Assembly: GCF_018977255.1 (NCBI RefSeq)
Contig: NW_024704742.1
Coordinates: 119,724,001 to 119,788,000 of the forward strand
DNA: 64,000 nucleotides
Origin: Callorhinchus milii
Lineage: Eukaryota
Direction of reading: 5' to 3'
Shown: positions 50,402 to 62,348 of the stretch, piece after piece
Numbering within the stretch: the stretch's first letter is position 1
Layout of the letters: every line of letters starts with the position of its first letter
Notes under the pieces: generated by a model
Seen by the model: only the letters and a program-made list of their open reading frames with translations
What the model was told of the DNA's origin: nothing
Databases searched by the model: none
Made by a program: the position numbers and the translations under genes

Positions 50402-50670
50402 TAGTCGATTGGCGGATCACTTTCTGGGGGTAATATTCCCTTTAAAAAAACATTTTTTATAATAAAATAAGAATAATTTAGTCTCTCAATTCATGACTGT
50501 TTGTGGAACACTGCTGTGCAAAATTGACTGCCGCATTTCGCCCACAAAATATACAGTCAATTAACTATGCAATATATTCTTTGAAGCGTTTTGAGACGTC
50601 TCAACAACATGATACGGCGCTATATCAAATGCAAGGATTTTTTTATTATTATTATTTTATTTTATTATTA
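50402..50670 (+). mobile_element. 5'-truncated Deu-domain SINE in intron 1 of the receptor gene
   Basis: tagtcgattggcggatcac...core...caaatgcaaggatt; starts ~18 bp after the exon 1 donor. Confidence 0.85.
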
Positions 50671-50801
50671 ATACCAAAATAATTATTACCCATAATACAA
50701 AAACTTACTTGTAGATGAAGGAAGACAGTTTACAGTTCAGCGGCTTTGATTTATACAGTTTACAGCCAAAAATGAAGGGTCTGTTTTTTTTAATTCTGTA
50801 G

Positions 50802-50852
50802 ATTTTTCTGGAGCCAGCAAATGTGAAATTGAAAAACAGAGCATACCCCCAG
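50802..50852 (+). CDS. IL12RB1: IL12RB1-like coding exon 2 (51 nt): (D)FSGASKCEIEKQSIPP
   Basis: Acceptor ctgttttttttaattctgtag, donor CAG|gtaaat, phase 1-1, open frame. Gives ...IPPDGPHNLQC when joined to the next exon. A short Cys-containing exon 2 is also a feature of mammalian IL12RB1. Confidence 0.75.
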
Positions 50853-51259
50853 GTAAATGGTTTTGTTCTAAAAAAAATTATCTTATCATCAAATGTCAGC
50901 GCACGTTGTTTATTTTTATCTGTATTTCATGCTCCCTTTGCCCTCTCAGTATCAGTCTACTTGGTTTGCTAAATTAAATCTCCCTCCTGGTTCTGAATGT
51001 TTCTACATTGAATGAAACATGCCAATGCTCCTCACCCTCGTAAACATAAAGAAAGAGTCCGGTAAAAATGAAATTCAATTGATACAATCCGAGTTTGGCA
51101 GGTTGCACGCAGTATACTTTAAGCCGGAATAAACGTCAAACGCCTATGTAAATATACAGCAACTACAATTTACACTTATGTCGCACCTTTCAGGCCAGGT
51201 GGATATTCTCTGCAAACAATTTTTCCTCCCGCCCCTGCCTCATTACTTGTCATGTATGC

Positions 51260-51710
51260 CAGGTCTCCATCCTTAGCCTCCTACCTTTTCTTATTTACAT
51301 GCTCCCTCTCGATGATGTCATCCGCAGACACAAGGTCAACTTCCACATTTATGCAGATGACACCCAAATCTACTTCTTCTCCTCCTCCTACTTGATCCTA
51401 TCTCTCATTCAGTCCCTCACCAGGATCGCTTTCCTCCACCTTCATCACATTGCCCATCTCTAGCTCTAGCTCACATCCACCACAGCCAAAACTCTCGACT
51501 ATGCTTTTGTCACCGCCTGTCTCGACTATTCCAATGTCCTCCTCGCCTGCCTCCTCAGTTCACCTATCCACAAAATCTCACTAATTAAAACTCTGTCGCC
51601 CATATGTCTGCCGCATGCTCTAAGTTCTGTATTCCCATCACACCAGTCCTCGCCAGGCTCCACTGGTTTCCTATCACCGAACATATCAATTTCAAGATCC
51701 TCGTATGTAT
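51260..51710 (+). mobile_element. Old L2 RT fragment
   Basis: FLIYMLPL...[22 protein letters not shown]. Confidence 0.8.
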
Positions 51711-53688
51711 ACATATATCGCCCTTCACACATCTCAGAGCATCTCAGAGTAATTAACTATTCAATTTGATTTGGGAAATAGCACCAACATGCCACCAAAC
51801 TTTAGGGTAAAACGTTAGCGGGGCAAACTTCAGGGGTTCATGATGGCTGAGCTTAATGACATAGATTGAGAGGCTTTACTCAAGGACAAAATCAGTTGAG
51901 GATAAATAAACTTCCTTCATTCAGGACAAGCGCATATGCTCCAAAATTGATCAACAGCAAAATAAAGGAGGTACTGTGAGCATGTATGTGTGCATGAACA
52001 CAAACTGTGCCGGGCAGAGCGAGCAGCTCTCAGAGTGGTGGAGACGCCCCAGCCCCCGCAACTGTCGGTTTATTTATTCAAGCTTGTTTAAGTTAAGTAT
52101 AAGTATACATACAGGCACGTATGTCTATAAAGGCGCTTATTTTCTGTTTCCTATCACTTATTTTTGTATTGCTGATCAGAAATTGTGCACTTCTCAAGAA
52201 ATGTACTGTGTAGTGTATTAAAGAACAAAGATATTATGCTTCCAGATTATATGTGAAAACTAGACATCTTTATGTTCGCTTTAGATTACAGCGAGATATC
52301 CGAGCGATTTTCCATTGAGTGTCATTATGTGAATTTCTAGAATGTGACTAGTCACGCGTTAAGTGGAGTGACTAGTGCCTTGTTCGTCCTCCCAATGTGA
52401 AAGGCTCTATACAAATGTAATTTTGTATTGTAATTTTGTATAGTGACAAGTAAAGCGAGTCCCTTATTAACTTTTTGCATGGCTAATGGCCAGGATAGTG
52501 ACAGCTTGGTGACTTAAGTGGTAGTGACAGGTTAAGCCAGGGTTGAGTTATCAAGAGTTTATTTACTGTAGTGCATTTCAGAACCCCTGATCAATTAAAC
52601 TTGACCTCCATCTGGTTGGTTGATCACATGTTGTGGCTCATGCTCTAGCAGTTAGAATCTATTATGTGAGTTATACCTTTGGTCTCTCAATCACTTATGC
52701 TGTTACACTCAAGGAATTAAAGTGTCTGATTACACTGGATATCTTATTCACAGGAAAATCTTGACGATATATAGGTAGTTCATTAGTTCCACTTGTTTTT
52801 TCCCTAAATAATTAACATCATTAAATTATGTTATTAATCTTAGAGATAGCCATGTTTGAATAGAGGTAGGCTGGTGAATCAGCAGGACTTGAGTAGCAGA
52901 CTGGTTGCTGGGGTCTGGGAGTCTTCCCACTCATCTCCTGGTAACCGTGCAAGCCATAAGACCATAAGACGTAGGAGCAGGAGTAGGCCTTTGGGCCCCT
53001 CGAGCCTGCCCAGCCGTTTAATAAAATCAGGGCTGATCTTCTAACCTAATTCCATTTACCTGTCCTATCCCCATATCCCTTAATCCCTCTATCCTTTAGA
53101 AATCTATCAACCTCAGTCTTGAATATATTCAAGGACTGGGCATCCACAGCCTTATGGGGTAGAGAATTCCACAAATTCACTACCCTCTGAATGAAGAAAT
53201 GTTTCCTCAACTCAGTTCGAAAAGGCTGACCCTTAAGCTTGAGACTATGACCAGGGGAAACAGTCGAGAAACAGTGAGAAACAATCTCACGGCATCTACT
53301 CTGTCAAGACCCTTAAGAATCTTTTCGGTTTCTATAAGATCACCTCTAATTCTTCTATATTCTAGAGAATATAGGCCTAGTTTACTCAACCTATCCTTAT
53401 AGGTCAAACCCCTCATCCCAGGAAACAACCTAGTGAATCTACACTGCACCCCCTCTAAGGCGTGTATGTTCTTTCTTAAACAAGGAAACCAAAACTGCGC
53501 ACAATATTCTAGGTGTGGTCTCATCAAGGCTTTATACAACTGTAGCAAGACTTCCCTATTGTACTCTAACCCTCTTGCAACAAATGCCAACATGGCATTG
53601 ACCTTCCTAGTTGCTTGCTGTACCTGGATGCTAACTTTTTGTGAATGGTGAACAAGGATACCCAAATCCTTCTGAACACTAACACTAC

Positions 53689-53890
53689 CTGAAAGGGTGG
53701 TTGAGGACGATTCGATAACTACTTTTAAAAACGCGGTGGACGGGTATTTGAGGAGGACGGGTTTGCAGGGTTAGGGGGAAAGGGCTGGAGAGTGGGATTG
53801 ACATTCCATTGTTGCATTGCTCTATTCAAAGAGCCGGCACAGACTCGATGGGCCGAATGGCCTCTTTTTGTGCTGTACGATTCTATGATT
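53689..53890 (+). mobile_element. CR1 3' tail nested in the antisense CR1
   Basis: Homologous to 5175-5366 (cctgaaagggtgg...gaatggcc...gattctatgattc). Confidence 0.88.
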
Positions 53891-54441
53891 CCTAGTCTCT
53901 CCCCCTCTAGAAAATAATCCACTTTTCTATTTTTACACCTAGGTGAATATCTTCACACTTCTCCACATTATACTCCATCTGCCACCCTCTTGCCCACTCA
54001 CCTAGCCTGTCTATTTCCCTTTGCATTCTTCTTGTGTTATCCTTACAACTTACTCTCCCACCTAGCTTTGTATCGTCCGCGAATTTAGATATGTTAAGTT
54101 CTATTTCCTCATCTAAATCATTGAGGCCCAAGCACTGATCCTTGTGGCACTACCCTATAATAATAATATAATAATACCCTAGTCACATCCTGCCAATCTG
54201 AGAAGGACCTGTTTATCCCTACTCTCTGTTTTCTTCCTGTTAGCCACTGCTAATATATTACCTTTAATTCCATGGGCTCTAATCCTATGCAACAGCCTTT
54301 TAAGTCAAATTCCTTTTGGAAATCCAAATACACCATATCTACTGGTTCCCCCCTATTTAACCTGCTAGTTACATCCTCAAAAAACTCTATAAGATTTATT
54401 AAACATGATTTTCCTTTGGTAAAGCCATGTTGACACTGCCA

Positions 54442-54762
54442 AGGAGTCCTGTAGTTCAGTGGTTAGAGCACTCACTTTGCAAACGAGAGACCTGGGTTCG
54501 ATTCCCAGCAGGGTGAAACCTTGGGCAAGTTTCCTTACTCCACACGCCTGATAATAATCCCTCAAGATAAAAAAACAATAATAAATTGGTCATTTAAAAC
54601 CGTGACTGTTTGTGGGACACTGCTGTGCGCAATCGGCTGCCGCATTTTGCCCTCAAATATACAATCAATTCACTTTACAGTCTTATTCTGTGAAGTGTTT
54701 TGAGACGTCTAGAAGACGTGAAAAGCGCTATATCAAATGCAAGGTTTATTATTATTATTATT
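54442..54762 (+). mobile_element. Deu-domain SINE, full length, nested in CR1
   Basis: Head, core and (att)n tail. Confidence 0.9.
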
Positions 54763-56475
54763 AAGTATGCCACGACAACATCCCTAATTAAGGACTCTAG
54801 AATTTTTCCTACCACTAATGTCAGACTAACTGGCCTATAGTTTCCCATTTTTCGTCTCCCACCCTTCTTAAATATCAGCATTACGTTTACCACCTTCCAA
54901 TCACTGGGAACCATTCCAGAATCCAGGGAATTTTGGAAGATCAAAACAAAGCATCCACTATCTCTGCAGCCACCTCTTTTAAAACCCAAGGATGCAGGCC
55001 AACAGATCCAGGGGATTTATTGTTTTTTAATCCTATCAATTTCTCTAGTACTATTGCTTTGTTGATATTCATTTATTTAACTTCTCACCAACATTAGCCT
55101 CCAGGTTCCCCTCTATTTTTGGTAAATTTTCAGTGCCCTCTAACGTGAAGACAGAAGCAAAATATTTGTTTAATGACTCTGCCATTTCTTTATTCCCCAT
55201 TATAATTTCTCCTGGCTCTGCCTGCAATGGACCCACATTCACTTTTGATAGTCTCTTCCTCTTTATGTACTTGTAAAAACTCTGTCTTTATGTTCCTAGC
55301 TAGTTTACCCTCATATTTCATTTTGTTCCTCTTAATCAGTTTCTTGGTTTTCCTTTGCTGTTCTCTAAATCCCTCCCAATCCTTAAGTTTACTGCTCTTT
55401 TTGGCAGTATTATAGGCCTCTTCTTTTAATTTTATACATTCCCAACTTTTCTAGTTAGCCAAGGTTGAACCACTTTTCCCCTGGTACTTTTATTTTTCAA
55501 GGGAATATGTGATCGCTGGGAATTGTGTATTGTATCTTTAAACGTTTGCCATTGCTGGTCTACTGTCATATTAAGCCAAAGCCTTAATTGGTCAAGTGGT
55601 TCCAGGTGAACAAGCAGTGGTAAGCTTGTCAGACAGTGCTTTGAATGGCAAGGTTTGCAGTTTTAGCTGATTAAATTCCAGCAGAAAACCAAAATATATT
55701 GGTTCCCATGAGCAGAGTGGCCAACTTTTGGGTACGCGTGTCACCAGTACATCCACAGACCTGTCAATAATTAACAGACGGAGTAATCACGGATTATTCA
55801 GAAGTAGTTTTCCACTAACATAAATGGTACTTTGTTCAACACGTTGATCTTAGAACAGCCATGGTGTTTGTTTAATTTGCAAAGATTTACAAAGAATGTC
55901 CAAAACGGAGAAACAGGCCATTCAGCCCAACCAGTCCATGCTGGTGTTTATACTCCACAAGAATCTCCACCCAGCCCTGTTTAGGTGTAACCCTTCCATA
56001 TGGTACAGATCCCACCTGCCCCAGAACTGGTCCCAATGATCCAGAAACCTGAAGCCCTCTTTTCTGAACTATTTCTCCAGCCAAGCATTCATATGCTTCA
56101 TCCTGCCATTATGGTACTTATTTGCCCGAGGCACAGGGAGTAATCCAGAGTTCTATTCTTTAGTTTGTTCCCCAGCTTTTGATATTCACCCTGTAGCATC
56201 TCAGCCCTTTTTTTTTTTACCAGTATCATGGATCCCAACCTGGACCACCACTTCTGGATGTTCCCCTTCCCCCTGAAGAATGTTATCCACCTGTTCCGCG
56301 ATATCTAAGACTGTTGCACCAGGGAGGCAACATACGATCCTTGACTCCCGTCTTCTGTTACAGAAACGTCTGTCTATACCTTTCACTGTTGTATCCCCTA
56401 TGACAACAGCATTGCTCCTGTTACCTATGTCCCCCTGTTCAACCAGTCAGTTTTTACTGTCCACCCTGGAGATAT

Positions 56476-56830
56476 CAACAACAACAACAACAAGATTTCA
56501 TTTATAGAGCGCCTTTCACGTCGGGAGGACGTCCCAAGGCACTGGACAGTTCGGTCGGGATCCAAGCAAGGGGGAAATGGTCAGGGTGAGGGGAGGGAAG
56601 GGAGGGAGCGAGGAGGGGATAGAGAGTCGAGAGGGAAGCTGAAGGCACAGTCGAAGAGAAAGGTCTTGAGACCGGCCTTGAAGGAGGAAAGGGAGGAAGC
56701 GAAGGCACTGGGGGATGGAGTTCCAGAGCCTAGAGGCTGAGAGGCTGAAGGCTCGGCCACCGATGGTAGGGCGGTTAGGGAGGGGGATGTGGAGCAGACC
56801 GGAGCCAGAGGAACGGAGGGTACGGGCAGG
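56476..56830 (-). mobile_element. Young L2 3' fragment nested in CR1 ORF1
   Basis: (caa)n tail; [19 protein letters not shown]. Confidence 0.9.
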
Positions 56831-57704
56831 TAAGTTCAGTGCAGAATACCGATTTGAGAGTATTATACTCTTGGGGGCATTCTGCCCTGCCTGTCCCCTC
56901 TTCCTACCATGCCGGATAGTCACCCAGTCACTTTCCCTCTGAACCCTCAGTGTGTGGGATGACCACCTCCTGAAGTGTCTGCTCCATCAAATCTTCACAT
57001 CCGTTGTACAAGTTTGAAGCCCAAGACTCCATCACCCCTCTCTCAGGAGTCCCATTATCTGCAGGACTGATAAAACTATCCTATCCCTGATCATTAACCA
57101 GATACAAGCATCTTCCGAGCCTCAGGGGAGTGATGGTTTCCTCCATCATACTGTCCAGGAACCTCTCACTGTCCCTGATGAAGCACAGTGTCTGCACCTC
57201 AGCTTCCAGCTCAGCTACTCTCAGCTGGAGCTTCCTGAGTTTCAGACACTTGCTGCAGATGAAGTCGCCAGTGCTCAGGGCGCCCTCCATTAACTCCACA
57301 TGTCACAGTCCTCGCATTTCACTTGCCACATCTTCTTCTCACAGTGTTTTCAATATATTTTTTTTTATTTTTGTTTTTTTGTTTTAATTTGCCGTCAGCG
57401 TTGTAGTCTCTGACGTCTCCCTGGTTCTACTTTGAAAATGACGTCACACCCATGTCACTTTTTCTTTTTTCATCGCTCTGACAGTAGCCTAGCTCAGCCG
57501 TTCCTTTTATGCTGCTCGCTAGACCCAGACTCCACCTCCGCTCTGTCCTGATCGCTCTCCTTGTGGTAAAGTGAATTGACTGAATATTTTGTGGATGAAG
57601 TGCAGCAGCCAATTGCGCATGGCAGTGTCCCAACAGCTGTAGATTGAGTGACCAAATTATTATTATTTATTTGTTGTTATTGTTATTTATTTGTTTGAAG
57701 GGAT

Positions 57705-58087
57705 CATTATAATAATATAATAATAATAATCCTTGCATTTGATATAGCCCTTTTCACGTCGGGGGGACGTCCCAAAGCGCTTCACAGAACACATTGTAAA
57801 GTGAATTGATTGTGTATTTGTGGGAGAACGCGGCAGCCAATTGCGCACAGCAATGTCCCACAAACAGTCGTAGATTGAAAATGACCAATTTATTATTGTT
57901 TTTGGTTTTGGAAAAGCCCTGGAAAAGTAATCCACCGAACGACTAACAGCTGGGTTCCTACTTACTGCTAGGTAAACAGAGGCGTGTGGAGTAAGGAAAC
58001 TTGCCTAATGTTTCGCCCTGCCTGGGAATCAAATCCAGGTCCTCTCGTTTGCAAGGCGAGTGTTCTAACCACTATGATACAGGAACT
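57705..58087 (-). mobile_element. Deu-domain SINE, full-length long variant (a second fragment lies at 57565-57665)
   Basis: Tail, core, extra internal segment and head. Confidence 0.9.
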
Positions 58088-58832
58088 CTCAGTTTGGTTT
58101 AGATTAAAATTGGCAACCATTCAGTTTAGACCATAAAATCTGGTTTTAAGGAAATCTGTACAGTAACCAGTAAGAAGCATTCACTGTAAGCATTCATTGC
58201 AAGCATGGTAATGGGTTTCCGCAGTTGATGGGTTTCCACATGGGAACACTAAAACAGGATTCCTGGAGCATTCGCTAGGCTCTGGAAAATCTGTTTCCCT
58301 ATCAAACCCTCGATTACTAGTCTGGAGAGAAGATGAACCGGAGGGAAACTTATAGAGGTATATAAAATTTTAAGTGGGAGGAGGTAACAATTACAACAAT
58401 ATCAACAGCAATTTGAATTTATAAAGCACCCTTCATCTGGGGTAGGGTCTTAAGGACACCTGTATGCATTTGAATATAATTAGCCCAATCCCCATTTTAG
58501 ATCTCAATGTAATATTCCCCAGAATAGGAAATAGGAGATGTAATAGCAGAATAACAGATTCTGTTACAGTTTTTGTAGTTATTTTTCAAGTCACTCTTCA
58601 TTTCATTAAGTTAAAAAGGAAATTTTTTTTTGGCTGGAGATATCTACAGCACAATATACTTCTACAATGTCGTCAATGTTTCAACAATGGTGGAACCAGG
58701 AAGAATTAATGCTAATAGTTATAGGTGTAGTTTAAAGCCAGATATCAACACTGAAATCTAGTATTACTTTTTAATGACATTCAATGCAGGTCTGCTATCT
58801 TATAATGAATGCCTTGCTCTTGTATATGCCAG

Positions 58833-58944
58833 ATGGACCACACAATCTGCAATGCTACTTTATCGATAATGGCCTTACCTGCTCATGGACTCCTGGAAAG
58901 CACCATACAGCGACCAGTCACTACATACTGATACTATACTGGCC
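58833..58944 (+). CDS. IL12RB1: IL12RB1-like coding exon 3, first half of cytokine-binding domain D1: (D)GPHNLQCYFIDNGLTCSWTPGKHHTATSHYILILYW(P)
   Basis: Acceptor ttgctcttgtatatgccag, donor CC|gtgagt (phase 1-2). Carries the class I receptor motif P-x-NL-x-C-x8-C-S-W-x-PG; resembles human IL12RB1 GPRDLRCY...ECSW as I recall it. Confidence 0.85.
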
Positions 58945-59259
58945 GTGAGTTATTTTTTGATATTTTGTACTTGCTAAGATAAAGGATTTGAGTGCTTCAA
59001 ATTTGAATACTTTAATATTTCAGACACCCAGAGAATCCGAGGTCAGAAACAGACCGCAAGATAGTTTGAGTTAAGCCAGTATTTCCTGAACTGTCATTGC
59101 AATGCTGAGTCTATGAGGCAACAGGTTCAAAGGCATTGCCAGTTGGCTTAATGGAAGTTTGAGAGCAAACATTGAATCAAGTTATAATTCTTGCATTTGA
59201 CGTCACACAGCACTCACAGGATATATTGTAAAATAGTATACCTCAGGGGTCTTTAATGA

Positions 59260-59680
59260 TAATAATCCTTTAATTTCACATCAGGAAGATGTCCCTAAGT
59301 GCTTCACAGGACATAGTGCAAAATGCAGCAACTGTATGTTTTAGACGACCTGGCAGTCAATTTGCAGACAGGAAAGTCCTATAAACAGCCATGAAGTGAA
59401 TGACAAATTTTATTTGGGGGATTGTTGGGCAGGATACCAAGAGAAACACCCTTCGCTTTTCAAACAGTGCATTAGATCTTTAACATCCACCCGGATAGGC
59501 AAACTGGATCTTATTTTAATGTCCCCTGCAAAGGATGGCTCATCTGACAATGCAAAACGTCCCCAGAACTGCACTAGAGTGTCAGCATAGACTATATGGG
59601 TTCCAAGCCCCAGCATGAAACTTGAACCCACAATCTTCTGATTCAGAAGCAAGCATGCTACCAACTGAGCCAGGCTGTTA
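59260..59680 (-). mobile_element. Older SacSINE1-like SINE in intron 3
   Basis: Head ...gctaccaactgagcca on the plus strand; Deu core. Confidence 0.8.
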
Positions 59681-59859
59681 TATCTAGGTGTGTTGGAAGG
59701 GGAAAGAGTTTACCTGTGACCAGCCATTGACTGAGGTTTCGCCAGAAGCAGAATTTTCACCAGTGATAATTATATATCACATAAACACATTTTCACCTCT
59801 TTATTTTTGCTAAACTATAGTTTTTAAAGATATTACACTATAACAATTAGAGATACAAC

Positions 59860-60435
59860 AATAACAATAACAACTTGAACTTATGTAGTGCCCTTCATGT
59901 GGGGTAGCATCCTATCGCTTGATAGTGGTGGAGTCTGACACCGAGTCAGGGGGAGAGGGATGGGGGGAGTTCACTGTAAGCACAATCAAAAAGGAAGGTC
60001 TTTAGTTTGGATTTGAAGGCTGGGAGGCAGGGGGCAAGGTGGCGGGATTGAGGAAGAGAGTTCCAGAGTTTCGAAGCGTAGTGGCTGAAGGCACGGCCAC
60101 CGATGGTAGAGGGGGGACAAACAGGAGGCCGGAACCGACCGAGAGGAGGCAATGGGGTGGTGGAGTGGGTGTTAAGAAAATTGGATAGGTAGAGAGATGT
60201 GAGGATATGAAGGGATTTGAAAACAAGTGAGAGGATCTTGAAATTGAGCCGTTCGGCAATTGGGAGCCAGTGGAGCCTTTCAAGGACTGGTGTGAAGGGG
60301 GCCAAATAATCTGACAGGACATCAGCAGACTCAGAATCACAGCTGGAGGAGAAGTAGATTTGGGTGTCATCCGCATACATGTGGAAGTTGACCCCATGTC
60401 TGCAGATGACATCGCCGAGAGGGAGCATGTAGATA
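59860..60435 (-). mobile_element. L2 fragment with an internal deletion, intron 3
   Basis: ORF 59946 IYMLPLG...[11 protein letters not shown] joined directly to [11 protein letters not shown]...KLKTFLF. Confidence 0.88.
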
Positions 60436-60641
60436 TAGATTTTGTCCACTATATGTACAGTCAGGAGCATCAGCCAAACACACACACCGAGGCTGGGAGC
60501 AGAGTGATCAGCTGTTTTTGAAAAAAAGCACATCAATTTCTGCAATATTTTCTAAAAAGACTTACAATTATATTTTAAATTGGGGATTTTTTCAGTGATT
60601 TAAGTAAATTGTACTATGCAGTTTTCCTTTGTTTTTTTCAG

Positions 60642-60796
60642 GAAGAAAAACAAAATTGACAGTTTTACTACTAATGGTACCAAATGTACAGTTCTAAGAG
60701 ATAAACTTTACATTTCGATTTCTGTCACAATATGGCTGGAAACAAAAGACGGGAAATACAAATCGTGTAACATTAGTCTCATACCTGAAAATGCAG
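60642..60796 (+). CDS. IL12RB1: IL12RB1-like coding exon 4, second half of D1: KKNKIDSFTTNGTKCTVLRDKLYISISVTIWLETKDGKYKSCNISLIPENA
   Basis: Acceptor ttttcctttgtttttttcag, donor CAG|gtaaat (phase 2-1). Lies inside ORF 60616..60885. VTIWLE matches the VT(L/I)WVE strand of gp130/IL12R-family D1. N-glycosylation sequons NGT and NIS. Confidence 0.85.
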
Positions 60797-61054
60797 GTAA
60801 ATGTTTGCTTCTGATGAGAATCTGTTTTGTCCTTTACTTTCTGGGTCTATTTTTGTTCTTAGTTAAAATGTTTAGTACTGTTTGAAAATTACTTGGCCTT
60901 AAATTACTGACATGAAAAGCAGGAGGCATGTGTTTATCAAATGAATTCGACTATGACTTGCATTCTTGTTATGACTTTTTTTTTCTGAAAAGTCACAATT
61001 GATGTTTGGTAGTACAGTTGTGAAAATGGCTGTGGAGCAACCTCAAGTAATGTT

Positions 61055-61495
61055 AATAATAATAATAATCCTTGCATTTGATATAGGGCTTTATCAGGTT
61101 GTTGAGACATCTCAAAGTGTTTCACAAGATATACTGTAAATGGTGTGACCTGTCTATTTTGTGGGTGTATGTGGCAGCTAATTTGCACACAGCAATGTCC
61201 CACAAACAGCCATCGAGTAAGTGGCCAATTTTGTTTGGGAGATTGTTGGCCAGGATACCGGGAGAAACTCCCTTCTCTTTTTGAATAGTGCCATGGGATC
61301 TTTAAGTCCACCTGAACAGCCAAGTGGGACCTTGGTTTAATGGCTTATCCGAGGGACGGCACATCCGACAATGCAGCTCAACCCAGCATTGCATTGGTGT
61401 GTCAGTGTGAATTATATGGATTCCAAGTCCCGACAAGGGGTATGAACCCACAACCTTCTGACTCAGAGCAAGAGTCCTACCAACTGAGCCAGGGT
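61055..61495 (-). mobile_element. Older SacSINE1-like SINE in intron 4
   Basis: Full tail, Deu core and head; homologous to the 18160 copy. Confidence 0.85.
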
Positions 61496-62217
61496 GATCC
61501 ATTTAAGCAAATTAAACACAGACTGAAGGCAGCACTGGAGGCCAGGGGGATCCAAAGATTGAAGAAAGCCACTTCCACTAAGATTCCCTTCTTTTCTTAG
61601 ACCCAGAGATCTAAACAAGATCTTTACAAAATGTTGACATGATGAGCAAGGCAATGTGGATTTGTGTGAGAAGCGGAAGGCCTGACCTCCAATGTGGAGC
61701 AGAAAGAAGAGAAACTAATTTGTCAGATTCCAGAGAAAGGAGATGAGCTGGAACATAATTCTAGAGAAAATGGGGCAGATTGGGTGGAGCGAAGTCACAC
61801 AGGAATTAGTTGGCTTTGGTCAGAAAACTCTGGGTTCACATACCGTATAAGGACTGAGGTTATGGCTGTTGGATTTCTCTGCAAAAAAACAAACCTTGCA
61901 ATTGACAGTAATTACTGTGAATCACTTGAGACATTTTACATGAAAGACTTCAAAACGCAAGTTTTTCAATCTCGCTGCACAACATCACAAATTCACTGTA
62001 CTGCAACCATCTTTCTTTTTAAATAGAGTCAAGTCACTAAAGTCAATGGAGAAGCTGTTGCTTTATGTGTTACAGTTGGGTAACAGTTGGCTTCACAATA
62101 AAAGAAACCACTTTCTGAGATAAAGGGATTTTTGTTGTTGAGATAAAGCATGATAACGTGAAATCTGTTCAATTGTTCCACTGATTCTAAACTTATGTTC
62201 TATTTTGACTGCTACAG

Positions 62218-62348
62218 TAAAGCCTGAACTACCATCTAAAATAACTTACAGAAAGAGTTCAGGAGAGTTACATCTGACTTGGAAAACTTTAAAGAACCTT
62301 CGCTATGAGTTACATTACAAACAACGTGGAATGCCAAGCTGGATTTCA
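62218..62348 (+). CDS. IL12RB1: IL12RB1-like coding exon 5, first half of D2: (V)KPELPSKITYRKSSGELHLTWKTLKNLRYELHYKQRGMPSWIS; gene continues beyond the window
   Basis: Acceptor ttctattttgactgctacag, donor TCA|gtaagt (phase 1-0). VKPxxP...LxLxW...YELxY...W is the standard D2 start of gp130-family receptors; KSSGELHLTW resembles IL12RB1 KLAGQLRMEW. No WSXWS exon found before 64000. Confidence 0.85.

Larger units (their letters stand above)
52965..57560 (-). mobile_element. Degenerate CR1 LINE(s), antisense in intron 2: RT/3' end 52965-55570 and ORF1 + 5' UTR 55985-57560
   Basis: ORFs 53207, 53907 (KFADDTKLGG), 54675 (NYRPVSLT), 56201 (esterase VCCLPGA...VVVQVG) and 57081 (CSKC...LQLRVAELE). 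May be one internally deleted element or two. Confidence 0.9.

Noticed and set aside
59024..59125. Acceptor-like site in intron 3 (tttaatatttcag)
   Set aside because: Stops in all three frames.
61694..62026. 110-aa ORF in intron 4
   Set aside because: GTG start, no domain and no fit to the exon phase series; exons 4 and 5 already join correctly.
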